DNA of 64,000 nt from Escherichia coli (GTDB lineage: Bacteria > Pseudomonadota > Gammaproteobacteria > Enterobacterales > Enterobacteriaceae). Positions 54,630 through 64,000 of this stretch are shown one piece after another. The stretch is taken from assembly GCF_045037415.1 (NCBI RefSeq), contig NZ_CP173438.1. One strand, written 5' to 3'. Within the stretch, counting starts at the first letter, position 1; each line of letters opens with the position of its first letter. The notes under the pieces are model-generated. The model searched no databases, was not told where the DNA came from, and was given only the letters and a program-made list of their open reading frames with translations. The position numbers and the translations under genes were made by a program.

Positions 54630-55363
54630 GCACTCCGCTGTAAAGAGGCGTTGATCGCTTTCAGCGTCTGCGCTGGATCTACCGATTGCGTTACCGGGCG
54701 ACCAATCACCATATAATCAACACCAGCCGCCAACGCCTGTTCTGGCGTCATAATGCGGCGCTGGTCGCCAGCATCACTCCCCTGCGGACGAATGCCCGGC
54801 GTAACCAGTTTGAACTCCTGACCGAATACCTGTTTAAAGCGCACAGCTTCCTGAGCAGAACACACCACACCATCAAGGCCACATTTTTGCGTCAGTGCCG
54901 CCAGACGTTCTGCATAATCTGCAGGTGACAGTGTCACGCCAAGATCGGCCAGGTCGCAGGCTTCCATGCTGGTCAACACTGTCACAGCAATCAAAAGCGG
55001 TGCATCTTTGCCAAACGGAACCAGTGCCTCACGCGCTGCGGCCATCATACGCGCCCCACCGGAGGCATGAACATTCACCATCCACACGCCTAAGTCAGCC
55101 GCAGCAGCGACAGCGTGCGCTGCAGTGTTGGGAATATCGTGGAATTTCAGGTCAAGAAAGATATCAAAATCACGCTGTTGAAGTTCGCGCACAAACTGTG
55201 GCCCAAACAATGTAAACATCTCTTTGCCGACCTTCAGACGACAATCGCGTGGGTCGATCTTGTCGACAAAGGCCAGCGCGGCATCGCGATTATGATAATC
55301 AAGGGCAACAACTACAGGAGAATTCGTAACAGCGCGGGAAGAAGATGAAGCAGTTAACGTCAT
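54626..55363 (-). CDS. pyrF: Orotidine-5'-phosphate decarboxylase
   Basis: ORF 54626..55423; start placed at [22 protein letters not shown] giving 245 aa; recognised sequence. Confidence 0.95.
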   Translation of the reverse strand: MTLTASSSSRAVTNSPVVVALDYHNRDAALAFVDKIDPRDCRLKVGKEMFTLFGPQFVRELQQRDFDIFLDLKFHDIPNTAAHAVAAAADLGVWMVNVHASGGARMMAAAREALVPFGKDAPLLIAVTVLTSMEACDLADLGVTLSPADYAERLAALTQKCGLDGVVCSAQEAVRFKQVFGQEFKLVTPGIRPQGSDAGDQRRIMTPEQALAAGVDYMVIGRPVTQSVDPAQTLKAINASLQRSA

Positions 55364-55554
55364 GACCAGACCTTCTTGATGATGGGCACCGGAAGTGGCG
55401 CGAAACAGGTAAACGGCGAGCATTCTACCCGTGGAAATAAAAAATTAACAGTTGCGATTTCTCCTCTGGCAGGCTTTTCCGCGCCGTCGGTACCGGAACA
55501 CAATAGAAGATCAATAATTAGTATGTTGTAACTAAAGTCGGATTTTTTTAAAAA

Positions 55555-56724
55555 TTACAGGCCATCAAGACCGCGAATTGGTTTAATGGTTGACCAGGCC
55601 CGACAAGACGGACAATGCCAGTAGAGGGTGTATGCGGTAAAACCACATTTCTGGCAGCGATAACGAGGCTTACTACGTACCTTCTCGCCAACCATGTCAC
55701 GCAGCACCATCAGACTCTCTTTGGCACGCCCTTCTTCTGCTTCATTTAAGTGGTAATCCATTAATTTATGGAACACACGCATGGTCGGATGACGCTGAAG
55801 CTGGCGCGTAATATAGACCTGTGCAGCCTCACTACCGTCGCGCGCTTCGATGATATCCGCAAGCATCAATTCAGCATCGGCACCGGTGTTCTCTTCCACC
55901 GCGCGCTGCAGGAATTCTGCCCATTCGGCAGTTTTACCCAACAGCTGATAGCATGTTTGCAGCATTTCCAGCGTTTCGCTGACCAGTTCTCTGTCCTGGG
56001 ATATGACACGTTGCAAACTTTCGACGGCTTTGGCGTATTCTGCTTTCGCCATAAACACGCGTCCCATCATGATGGATACGCGGGCGCTGTTTTTATCTGC
56101 CGCCGCACCTTTTTTTAGCAAAGTCATGGCACGATCGAGATCGTCGCTGGCCATATGCTGCAGAGCTAACTCACAGTAGAAATGGGCAATTTCGACGCGC
56201 TGTTTATCTTTACCCAGCTTCACCAGGCGTTCGGCAACATCAATTGCTTTCTGCCACTCGCTGGTAGCCTGGTAAATTTGTAGCAGTTGTTGCAGCGCGC
56301 CGATGCGGAAGTCAGTTTCATCTGTCAGCTGATTGAACATGTCTTCCGCGCGGTCGTATAACCCGGCAGCCATGTAATCACGCCCCAGTTGTTGAATCGC
56401 CAAAAGCCGCTGTTCATAGGTCAGCGAGGCGCTTTCCATTAGGGTCTGATGGATGCGAATAGCGCGATCAACTTCGCCACGCGAACGGAACAGGTTTCCG
56501 AGCGTAAGGTGGGCTTCAACGGTACCTGTATCCTCTTTAAGCATATCGAGAAACAGGTCTACCGCTTTATCCTGTTGATTACTAAGCAGGAAGTTAACCC
56601 CCGCTACGTAATCACGCGACAAGCGGTTGGCTTCATCTTGCTTGTTTTGTTGCGCACTTCTGCGGCCCATATACCAGCCATAGGCAGCGGCTACAGGCAA
56701 AAGCAGAAACAACAACTCCAGCAT
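55555..56724 (-). CDS. lapB: LPS assembly protein LapB (YciM; TPR repeats plus rubredoxin-like zinc finger)
   Basis: 389-aa ORF; C-terminal CQKCG...CPSC motif. Confidence 0.9.
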   Translation of the reverse strand: MLELLFLLLPVAAAYGWYMGRRSAQQNKQDEANRLSRDYVAGVNFLLSNQQDKAVDLFLDMLKEDTGTVEAHLTLGNLFRSRGEVDRAIRIHQTLMESASLTYEQRLLAIQQLGRDYMAAGLYDRAEDMFNQLTDETDFRIGALQQLLQIYQATSEWQKAIDVAERLVKLGKDKQRVEIAHFYCELALQHMASDDLDRAMTLLKKGAAADKNSARVSIMMGRVFMAKAEYAKAVESLQRVISQDRELVSETLEMLQTCYQLLGKTAEWAEFLQRAVEENTGADAELMLADIIEARDGSEAAQVYITRQLQRHPTMRVFHKLMDYHLNEAEEGRAKESLMVLRDMVGEKVRSKPRYRCQKCGFTAYTLYWHCPSCRAWSTIKPIRGLDGL

Positions 56725-56730
56725 AGAAAG

Positions 56731-57039
56731 TTATTCCTTCGCCGCAGACGAGTGCGGCGCTACAGCCACGTCAGTCGCGGGTGAAAGCTGGTTTTCCAGT
56801 CGCTTTATTTTACGTTCAGCGCGCGCCAGGGAAACACGAACTCGCAGCCAGAACAGGCCGCAAATCAACCAACCGATAGCAAACCCCGCAGCAAACAATA
56901 CCGCCAGCAATGTGGAAATACGGTACTCCCCTTGCGCTAACAGATAATTAAACGTCACCTGTTGATCGTTCTGCGCACCCAACGTGACCGAAATCACGAA
57001 GATCGCTAACACCAGTAAGAAAATGAGTAAATATTTCAC
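56731..57039 (-). CDS. lapA: LPS assembly protein LapA (YciS)
   Basis: 102-aa ORF; two TM helices; directly upstream of lapB. Confidence 0.9.
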   Translation of the reverse strand: MKYLLIFLLVLAIFVISVTLGAQNDQQVTFNYLLAQGEYRISTLLAVLFAAGFAIGWLICGLFWLRVRVSLARAERKIKRLENQLSPATDVAVAPHSSAAKE

Positions 57040-57187
57040 ATTACTTCCCGTTATGTGGTTAGAGCGAATAAATTATGGTCAACTTACCGCAATAGCCCTT
57101 TAAAGTACCATTTTCGCGCCGTCTGCGAAATGGCATCCACGCGCATTGTTGATGATTTAAGGGCTAAATTCGGAAAATCAACCAGCG

Positions 57188-57952
57188 TTAACTTTCTTGT
57201 TCTCGTTGCGCTATTTCGCGATTTTCTTCCGCAGGTGGTGTTAATGGCCCACAAATTCGTTGCGCAAGCCACGTTGCCACCGCCACCAGCGCCCACGAAA
57301 TCAACGTAGCTACAACCAGATCGCGTGGCCAATGCATCCCGAGCAGCAGGCGGCTTCCCATGACTCCCGTTGCCCAGACCAACAAGATAGCAATGGTTAA
57401 CGTTCGCCGACGCGGCCACAGCAAACCAACGGCCAGCAGTGCCCAACTGGCAGCAAACATCGTGTGACCGGAAGGAAAGGCAAACCCCGTCTCTTTCTGC
57501 CAGTGTGAACGCAAATATTGTGGGATATTTTTCTCTTCAGCCAACTGTTCTTTCACCAGATTTCCGCGTTCTGCTCGCTTTAAAGTGTAGAACTCATCAA
57601 CCGGAATATGATGTGTTTTTTCCAGCCAGATAACAAAAGGTCGTGGTTCCTGGACTTTGTCTTTGATCCAGGATTTAACGCCTTGTCCCATAAGGATTGC
57701 TGCCGCCAGAATGGCAAATAACATAATGGCAGCCTTAATGCGAAAACGCAGACACCAGAGAAACCAGCCGAATAAAATCAAATGTGTAATGACGCCCCAG
57801 GGCTGGGTGACAGTTTCAGTAACCCAAAAAGCCGCTTTTAGTAACCAACTTTGTTCTCCAGGTTGCCAACGCCAGCCAGAAATCCATACGGCTACTGGCA
57901 TGACAAGCAATAGTGCAGCTCCCACTGCGGTACGTCTGGCAATCGAACGCAT
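57188..57952 (-). CDS. pgpB: Phosphatidylglycerophosphatase B (PAP2 family)
   Basis: 254-aa ORF; PAP2 motifs (PSGH, SRLLLGMHWPRD). Confidence 0.9.
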   Translation of the reverse strand: MRSIARRTAVGAALLLVMPVAVWISGWRWQPGEQSWLLKAAFWVTETVTQPWGVITHLILFGWFLWCLRFRIKAAIMLFAILAAAILMGQGVKSWIKDKVQEPRPFVIWLEKTHHIPVDEFYTLKRAERGNLVKEQLAEEKNIPQYLRSHWQKETGFAFPSGHTMFAASWALLAVGLLWPRRRTLTIAILLVWATGVMGSRLLLGMHWPRDLVVATLISWALVAVATWLAQRICGPLTPPAEENREIAQREQES

Positions 57953-58121
57953 GGCCTCTCCTTTTTGATAAGTCCCACAATCATAACTGAAAATGCCAGT
58001 TCCAGGAAAAATTGACAGATTTGTGCCATTCCGTGAACGATCGACGCGTCGTGATTAGGTGAACCCCTTCTCGTTATGGCAAAATAAGCCAATACAGAAC
58101 CAGCATTATCTGGAGAATTTC

Positions 58122-58712
58122 ATGCAGCTTAAACGTGTGGCAGAAGCCAAACTGCCAACCCCATGGGGCGATTTCCTGATGGTGGGATTTGAAGAACTGG
58201 CAACCGGACACGATCATGTCGCGCTAGTCTATGGCGATATTTCCGGGCATACCCCGGTACTTGCGCGCGTCCATTCCGAATGTCTGACCGGTGACGCCCT
58301 GTTCAGCTTGCGCTGCGATTGTGGCTTCCAGCTCGAAGCGGCATTGACGCAAATTGCCGAGGAAGGCCGTGGTATTTTGCTGTATCACCGTCAGGAAGGT
58401 CGTAACATTGGTCTGCTGAATAAAATCCGCGCTTACGCACTGCAGGATCAAGGTTACGATACTGTAGAGGCTAACCACCAGTTAGGCTTCGCCGCTGATG
58501 AGCGCGACTTCACTCTTTGCGCTGATATGTTCAAACTCCTTGGCGTCAATGAAGTCCGCTTGTTAACCAATAACCCGAAAAAAGTCGAAATTCTGACCGA
58601 AGCAGGGATTAATATTATTGAACGCGTACCGTTGATTGTAGGTCGCAACCCCAATAACGAACATTATCTCGATACCAAAGCCGAGAAAATGGGTCATTTG
58701 CTGAACAAATAA
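58122..58712 (+). CDS. ribA: GTP cyclohydrolase II (riboflavin biosynthesis)
   Basis: ORF 58059..58712; start placed at [10 protein letters not shown] (ATG 58122, GGAGA SD) giving 196 aa; zinc-binding cysteines. Confidence 0.95.
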   Translation: MQLKRVAEAKLPTPWGDFLMVGFEELATGHDHVALVYGDISGHTPVLARVHSECLTGDALFSLRCDCGFQLEAALTQIAEEGRGILLYHRQEGRNIGLLNKIRAYALQDQGYDTVEANHQLGFAADERDFTLCADMFKLLGVNEVRLLTNNPKKVEILTEAGINIIERVPLIVGRNPNNEHYLDTKAEKMGHLLNK

Positions 58713-58733
58713 CCCTCTTGCATTGTGTAATTA

Positions 58734-58770
58734 ATTTGCTTGCCGGAAGCAAAATAACCGGCAAGCAAAT
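58734..58770. terminator. Bidirectional terminator between convergent ribA and acnA
   Basis: ATTTGCTTGCCGG / CCGGCAAGCAAAT 13-bp inverted repeat with 11-nt loop. Confidence 0.7.
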
Positions 58771-58775
58771 ACTCG

Positions 58776-61451
58776 TTACTTCAACATATTACGAATGACA
58801 TAATGCAAAATGCCGTCGTTCTGGTAGTAGGTCAACTCCGTCGCGGTGTCGATACGACAATGGCAGGGTACGACTTCCTGGCTACCATCCGCGCGCGTAA
58901 GCGTCACCGGAACCGTCGCGCCGGGTTGTAGATTTTGCAGATCACCAATATCAATCTTCTCTTCCCCGGTAAGCTCTAACGTTTTACGCGTCACACCTTG
59001 TGGAAATTCCAGCGGCAGGATGCCCATGCCTATTAAATTCGAACGGTGAATTCGTTCAAACGATTCGGCAATCACAACACGAATACCAAGCAGACGCGGA
59101 CCTTTTGCCGCCCAGTCACGGCTGGAGCCTGATCCATACTCTTTCCCGGCAATCACCGCCAGCGGCGTTTGCTCCTGCTTATAGCGCATTGCGGCATCAT
59201 AAATAGAGACGACATCGCTGTCAGGTAAATGGCGCGTCATCCCCCCTTCAACGCCAGGCACCATTTCATTACGGATGCGAATATTGGCGAAGGTGCCGCG
59301 CATCATCACTTCATGGTTACCACGCCGCGAACCATAGGAGTTAAAGTCTTTCCGCTCAACACCCCGACCTTGTAGATATCGACCCGCCGGGCTGTCGGGC
59401 TTAATACTGCCCGCCGGAGAGATATGGTCAGTGGTGACTGAATCCCCCAGCATTGCGAGGATCCGCGCACCGTGAATATCTTCCACAGGTGCTGGTGTTG
59501 CCTGCATTTCATCAAAGAAAGGCGATAAGCGAATATAGGTTGAATCCTCCTGCCAACCGTAGGTATCGGATCGTGTGACGTTAATTTCCTTCCACTCGGC
59601 TGTGCCTTCAAAAACTTCTGCGTACTCTTTGCGGAACATTTCTGTGGAGACTTGGTCTACCGCACGGGCAATTTCTTGTGCCGATGGCCAGATATCTTTC
59701 AGAAATACCGGCTCGCCTTTGCGATCATGGCCGATAGGCTCAGAAGCCAGATTGATATTCATATTTCCCGCCAGCGCATAGGCAACCACCAGCGGCGGCG
59801 AGGCCAGCCAGTTGGTTTTAACCAGCGGATGGATACGGCCTTCAAAGTTACGGTTGCCGGACAGCACTGCACCGACGGTTAAATCGCCTTTTTTGATTGC
59901 CGTTTCGATAGGATCGGGCAACGGTCCCGAGTTACCAATACAGGTGGTACAACCGTATCCCACAAGGTTAAATCCCAGTTCATCGAGATACGGTGTCAGT
60001 TTCGCTTTTGCCAGATAATCAGAAACGACTTTCGAACCCGGTGCCAGCGACGCTTTGACCCATGGTTGCCGCTTGAGGCCCAGAGTTACGGCTTTTTTCG
60101 CCAGCAAGCCTGCGGCCATCAGCACACTTGGGTTAGAGGTGTTGGTGCACGACGTTATCGCAGCAATGACCACAGCGCCATCAGGTAACTGATACTGATG
60201 TCCGTTCATAACATAATCGACCGGCAGGCGATCTTTATGCGTGGCATTCACTTCCAGTTCGCTACTGGCAGCAAATGCTTTTGGTACATCGGGCAGTGCA
60301 ACGCGATCCTGCGGGCGTTTTGGCCCTGCCAGGCTCGCTTCAACGTCATTCATATCCAGTTCTAACACACTGGTAAAAATTGGTTCATCGCCCGGATTAC
60401 GCCACATGCCCTGCGCTTTGGCATATTTTTCGACCAACTCGACCTGATCTTCACTGCGCCCGCTTAAACGCATGTAATCGAGGGTGACAGCATCGATTGG
60501 GAAGAAGCCACAGGTGGCACCATATTCTGGCGACATATTGGCAATGGTGGCGCGATCCGCCAGCGGTAGTGAATCCAGCCCATCACCATAAAATTCGACG
60601 AATTTCCCCACCACGCCATGTTTGCGCAACATTTGGGTAACAGTGAGAACCAGGTCTGTGGCGGTAATACCTTCACGTAATTTTCCGGTAAGTTTAAAGC
60701 CCACTACGTCCGGGATAAGCATGGAAACCGGCTGGCCTAACATTGCGGCTTCTGCTTCGATGCCACCAACGCCCCACCCCAGCACGCCAAGGCCGTTGAT
60801 CATGGTGGTGTGCGAGTCAGTACCAACGAGTGTATCCGGATAAGCAATCCATTCACCGTCCTGCAATTCGCTCCACACTGCTTTGCCGAGATATTCGAGG
60901 TTAACCTGATGGCAAATGCCTGTGCCTGGCGGCACGACGCTAAACCGACTGAACGCCTGCTTTCCCCATTTCAGGAACACATAACGTTCGTGGTTGCGCT
61001 CCATTTCCAGGCGTACGTTTTCTTCAAATGCCTCATCATCACCAAAACGATCGACGGTCACCGAGTGGTCAATGACCAGGTCGACCGGTGAGAGCGGATT
61101 AACCTTTGCAGTATCGCCGCCGAGGCGTTTAACCGCTTCGCGCATTGCCGCCAGATCAACAACGGCAGGTACGCCGGTAAAGTCCTGCATCAGCACTCTT
61201 GCCGGGCGGTAGGCAATTTCACGGTCAGCATGGGCATTTTTCAGCCATCCCGCCAGCGCGTGGATATCCTCTTCGGTAACCGATTTACCATCCCGCCAGC
61301 GCAGCAGGTTTTCGAGCAAAACTTTGAATGACTTGGGTAGACGGGTGATATCGCCCAGTGATTTGGCAGCAAGCGGCAAGCTGTAGTAGTGGTAAGTTTT
61401 ATCTTTGGCCTGCAACGTGTCCTTACTGGCTTCTCGTAGGGTTGACGACAT
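58776..61451 (-). CDS. acnA: Aconitate hydratase A
   Basis: 891-aa ORF; recognised sequence; aconitase family. Confidence 0.95.
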   Translation of the reverse strand: MSSTLREASKDTLQAKDKTYHYYSLPLAAKSLGDITRLPKSFKVLLENLLRWRDGKSVTEEDIHALAGWLKNAHADREIAYRPARVLMQDFTGVPAVVDLAAMREAVKRLGGDTAKVNPLSPVDLVIDHSVTVDRFGDDEAFEENVRLEMERNHERYVFLKWGKQAFSRFSVVPPGTGICHQVNLEYLGKAVWSELQDGEWIAYPDTLVGTDSHTTMINGLGVLGWGVGGIEAEAAMLGQPVSMLIPDVVGFKLTGKLREGITATDLVLTVTQMLRKHGVVGKFVEFYGDGLDSLPLADRATIANMSPEYGATCGFFPIDAVTLDYMRLSGRSEDQVELVEKYAKAQGMWRNPGDEPIFTSVLELDMNDVEASLAGPKRPQDRVALPDVPKAFAASSELEVNATHKDRLPVDYVMNGHQYQLPDGAVVIAAITSCTNTSNPSVLMAAGLLAKKAVTLGLKRQPWVKASLAPGSKVVSDYLAKAKLTPYLDELGFNLVGYGCTTCIGNSGPLPDPIETAIKKGDLTVGAVLSGNRNFEGRIHPLVKTNWLASPPLVVAYALAGNMNINLASEPIGHDRKGEPVFLKDIWPSAQEIARAVDQVSTEMFRKEYAEVFEGTAEWKEINVTRSDTYGWQEDSTYIRLSPFFDEMQATPAPVEDIHGARILAMLGDSVTTDHISPAGSIKPDSPAGRYLQGRGVERKDFNSYGSRRGNHEVMMRGTFANIRIRNEMVPGVEGGMTRHLPDSDVVSIYDAAMRYKQEQTPLAVIAGKEYGSGSSRDWAAKGPRLLGIRVVIAESFERIHRSNLIGMGILPLEFPQGVTRKTLELTGEEKIDIGDLQNLQPGATVPVTLTRADGSQEVVPCHCRIDTATELTYYQNDGILHYVIRNMLK

Positions 61452-61600
61452 AGCTCCTCCTTAATGACAGGGTTGCGAAGCCCTGATTCTCTTCAGGGTG
61501 AATATTAAAGATAACACAAACATCGCGTAACGATTTGATAACAACCCAAATTGATAAAAGAGGAGAAACCTTGAGGCAAAGCAAACAGCGGGATCAGGGA

Positions 61601-61696
61601 TCAGTGAGTAATGATCCAGAGGAGTTCGGCCCAGAAGAGCATCGACAGAGAAAATGCGCCCATCCAGGACCAATATTTCATATTTGTGTTGATCAT
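61601..61696 (-). CDS. Candidate 31-aa small hydrophobic protein (sORF) in the acnA upstream region
   Basis: Hand translation MINTNMKYWSWMGAFSLSMLFWAELLWIITH; AAGGG SD-like element about 8 nt upstream; below the ORF-track length cutoff. Confidence 0.3.
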   Translation of the reverse strand: MINTNMKYWSWMGAFSLSMLFWAELLWIITH

Positions 61697-61809
61697 AGGC
61701 TACACCCTTAACGGTTATTACTTTGTGTTGAGATAACTCAACCTGTTATTGCTGCGGTGTATTAAAAGCCCTGTAATTCATTAAAAATGGGTAATAAGAA
61801 TGATGATAA

Positions 61810-61977
61810 TTATTGTTTCGGCTGATCATCTTCAGCAAACAGTTCTATAAAGGCTTGTTGCTGCGATGTTAGTTGCCAGTCGTCTGGAATAACGACGGAA
61901 CATTCCCGTTTTGCTTCTGGTTCATTGTCACTATGCTGACATAATGGTGACGACTCCAGTTGCTCCTGACCGACCAT
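61810..61977 (-). CDS. yciX: Small acidic protein (YciX-like)
   Basis: ORF 61810..61998; start placed at MVGQEQLESS, whose ATG overlaps the stop of the upstream small ORF (TAACCATGG) giving 55 aa; name from memory. Confidence 0.45.
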   Translation of the reverse strand: MVGQEQLESSPLCQHSDNEPEAKRECSVVIPDDWQLTSQQQAFIELFAEDDQPKQ

Positions 61978-61979
61978 GG

Positions 61980-62120
61980 TTATCCCCACAATTTCCAAAT
62001 AAGCAGTGCGACAACCACCCAGAAAAGTGCAGAACCAAGAAAAACCGCCAGCCAGGCTTTACGTTTTAATTCAGGATTGCGGCGGGGTTCCTGATTTCCA
62101 GAAGGCATTGCTAACCTCAT
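61980..62120 (-). CDS. ymiA: Small membrane protein (YmiA-like), translationally coupled to the downstream small gene
   Basis: Hand translation MRLAMPSGNQEPRRNPELKRKAWLAVFLGSALFWVVVALLIWKLWG (46 aa; alternative start at the second Met preceded by GAGG); one TM helix; name from memory. Confidence 0.4.
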   Translation of the reverse strand: MRLAMPSGNQEPRRNPELKRKAWLAVFLGSALFWVVVALLIWKLWG

Positions 62121-62438
62121 ATAATCGCCATCACTTATCAGCAAGACGTTGAACGATTGGTGTAATTAATCATACGATGAGACAAATCCTAAAGAAACTT
62201 TAGTCAAAAATCCAGCGAATTTACGAATCGTCTCCAGTGAATAATTCAATCTTTTGACCTGAAATAGATATTTGAAAACTGGAGTTTGCGAGGTGTGTAA
62301 TTAGACACTACTTTACAGGTAATTTACCCTATAAATATGAGGGATAAAAATATTGTGCACCGGATACAAATAAGTAACAAAGGAGAATATATTCCGGCAC
62401 CTTCGCTACATAAAAGGTGCCGAAAATAACGCAAGAAA

Positions 62439-63437
<999 letters not shown>

Positions 63438-63567
63438 TCAGAACATCGTTTTTTCGCCACACCAGGCGGGTGACTAATACGATTTAATAATAAAAAAGGT
63501 GCTAACTATAACCACTATATCATTTATAGCCTTAGTGTATAGGTGTGAAGAAAAAATAATATGCAAT

Positions 63568-63591
63568 AAAAAAGGGCCGCTTTCGCGACCC
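63568..63591 (-). terminator. Rho-independent terminator downstream of topA
   Basis: Minus strand: GGGUCGC-GAAA-GCGGCCC hairpin (one G-U pair) followed by TTTTTT. Confidence 0.6.
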
Positions 63592-63622
63592 TTTGTTTAT
63601 AAAAACCAGACGGAATTAAAGG

Positions 63623-64000
63623 TTATTTTTTCCCTTCAACCCATTTGCCATCAACATAAAATGCTGACCAACCAGTCGCCTTTCCGTCTTTTTCCGAAGA
63701 GACATATTGCTGTTTGGTTTTACGGCTAAAGCGAACCATGGTCTTATTACCTTCCGGATCCTGCTGTGGCGCATCGGCCAGATAACGCAGTTTTTCCGGC
63801 AGACGGTCGCGGAAGCGATAAAGCTCCTCCACCAGAGGCGCACGCGTTTCACGCGATTTCGGGAAGGTATTGGCCGCCAGGAACACACCGGCAGCACCGT
63901 CACGCAACACGAAATAGGCATCTGATTTTTCGCACGGCAGCTCCGGTAATGGCACCGGATCTTCTTTCGGTGGTGCCACTTCGCCGTTACGTAAAATCTT
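63623..64000 (-). CDS. topA: DNA topoisomerase I, C-terminal part (gene continues beyond the window edge)
   Basis: Minus-strand frame open to the window end; ends ...[16 protein letters not shown]; lysine-rich C-terminal domain; synteny upstream of cysB. Confidence 0.8.
   Translation of the reverse strand, partial: KILRNGEVAPPKEDPVPLPELPCEKSDAYFVLRDGAAGVFLAANTFPKSRETRAPLVEELYRFRDRLPEKLRYLADAPQQDPEGNKTMVRFSRKTKQQYVSSEKDGKATGWSAFYVDGKWVEGKK

Noticed and set aside
61461-61673. 70-aa minus-strand ORF abutting the acnA start
   Set aside because: Lies in the acnA promoter/leader in a different frame from the more convincing 31-aa sORF; no clear SD; not called

Overview
This window reads as a contiguous stretch of an Escherichia coli-type chromosome, running from the 3' part of fnr to the 3' end of topA, in reverse orientation relative to the K-12 map. 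Almost every ORF over 100 aa matches a well-characterised core gene: fnr, uspE, ynaJ, ynaI, mppA, ycjZ, ycjY, mpaA, ycjG, tpx, tyrR, ycjF, ycjX, ycjW, ompG, the ycjM-V sugar-utilisation cluster, pspABCDE/pspF, ymjA, sapABCDF, fabI, yciW, rnb, pdeR, deoT, osmB, yciH, pyrF, lapAB, pgpB, ribA, acnA and cysB. I found no CRISPR array, integrase, transposase, prophage or toxin/defence module, and nothing I can defend as a wholly undescribed system. The most notable accessory content is an ~8 kb efflux locus between sapF and fabI (TetR regulator, periplasmic adaptor, RND pump, outer-membrane factor, MFS transporter), which from memory is absent at this position in K-12. Other differences from my recollection of K-12 are a short pspF-ymjA junction where the puuPADRCBE cluster would sit (with what look like gene-end remnants), no IS5 between ynaJ and ynaI, and intact ycjV and ymjC-like genes. 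Regulatory observations include two identical LacI-type (YcjW-like) operator copies, a sigma54 promoter for pspA, a sigma32-like promoter for ycjX, palindromic candidate operators around the TetR gene, and a ~36 bp repeat upstream of both mppA and mpaA. All gene identities and K-12 comparisons rest on recall and by-eye reading, not on database searches, and need alignment to confirm.
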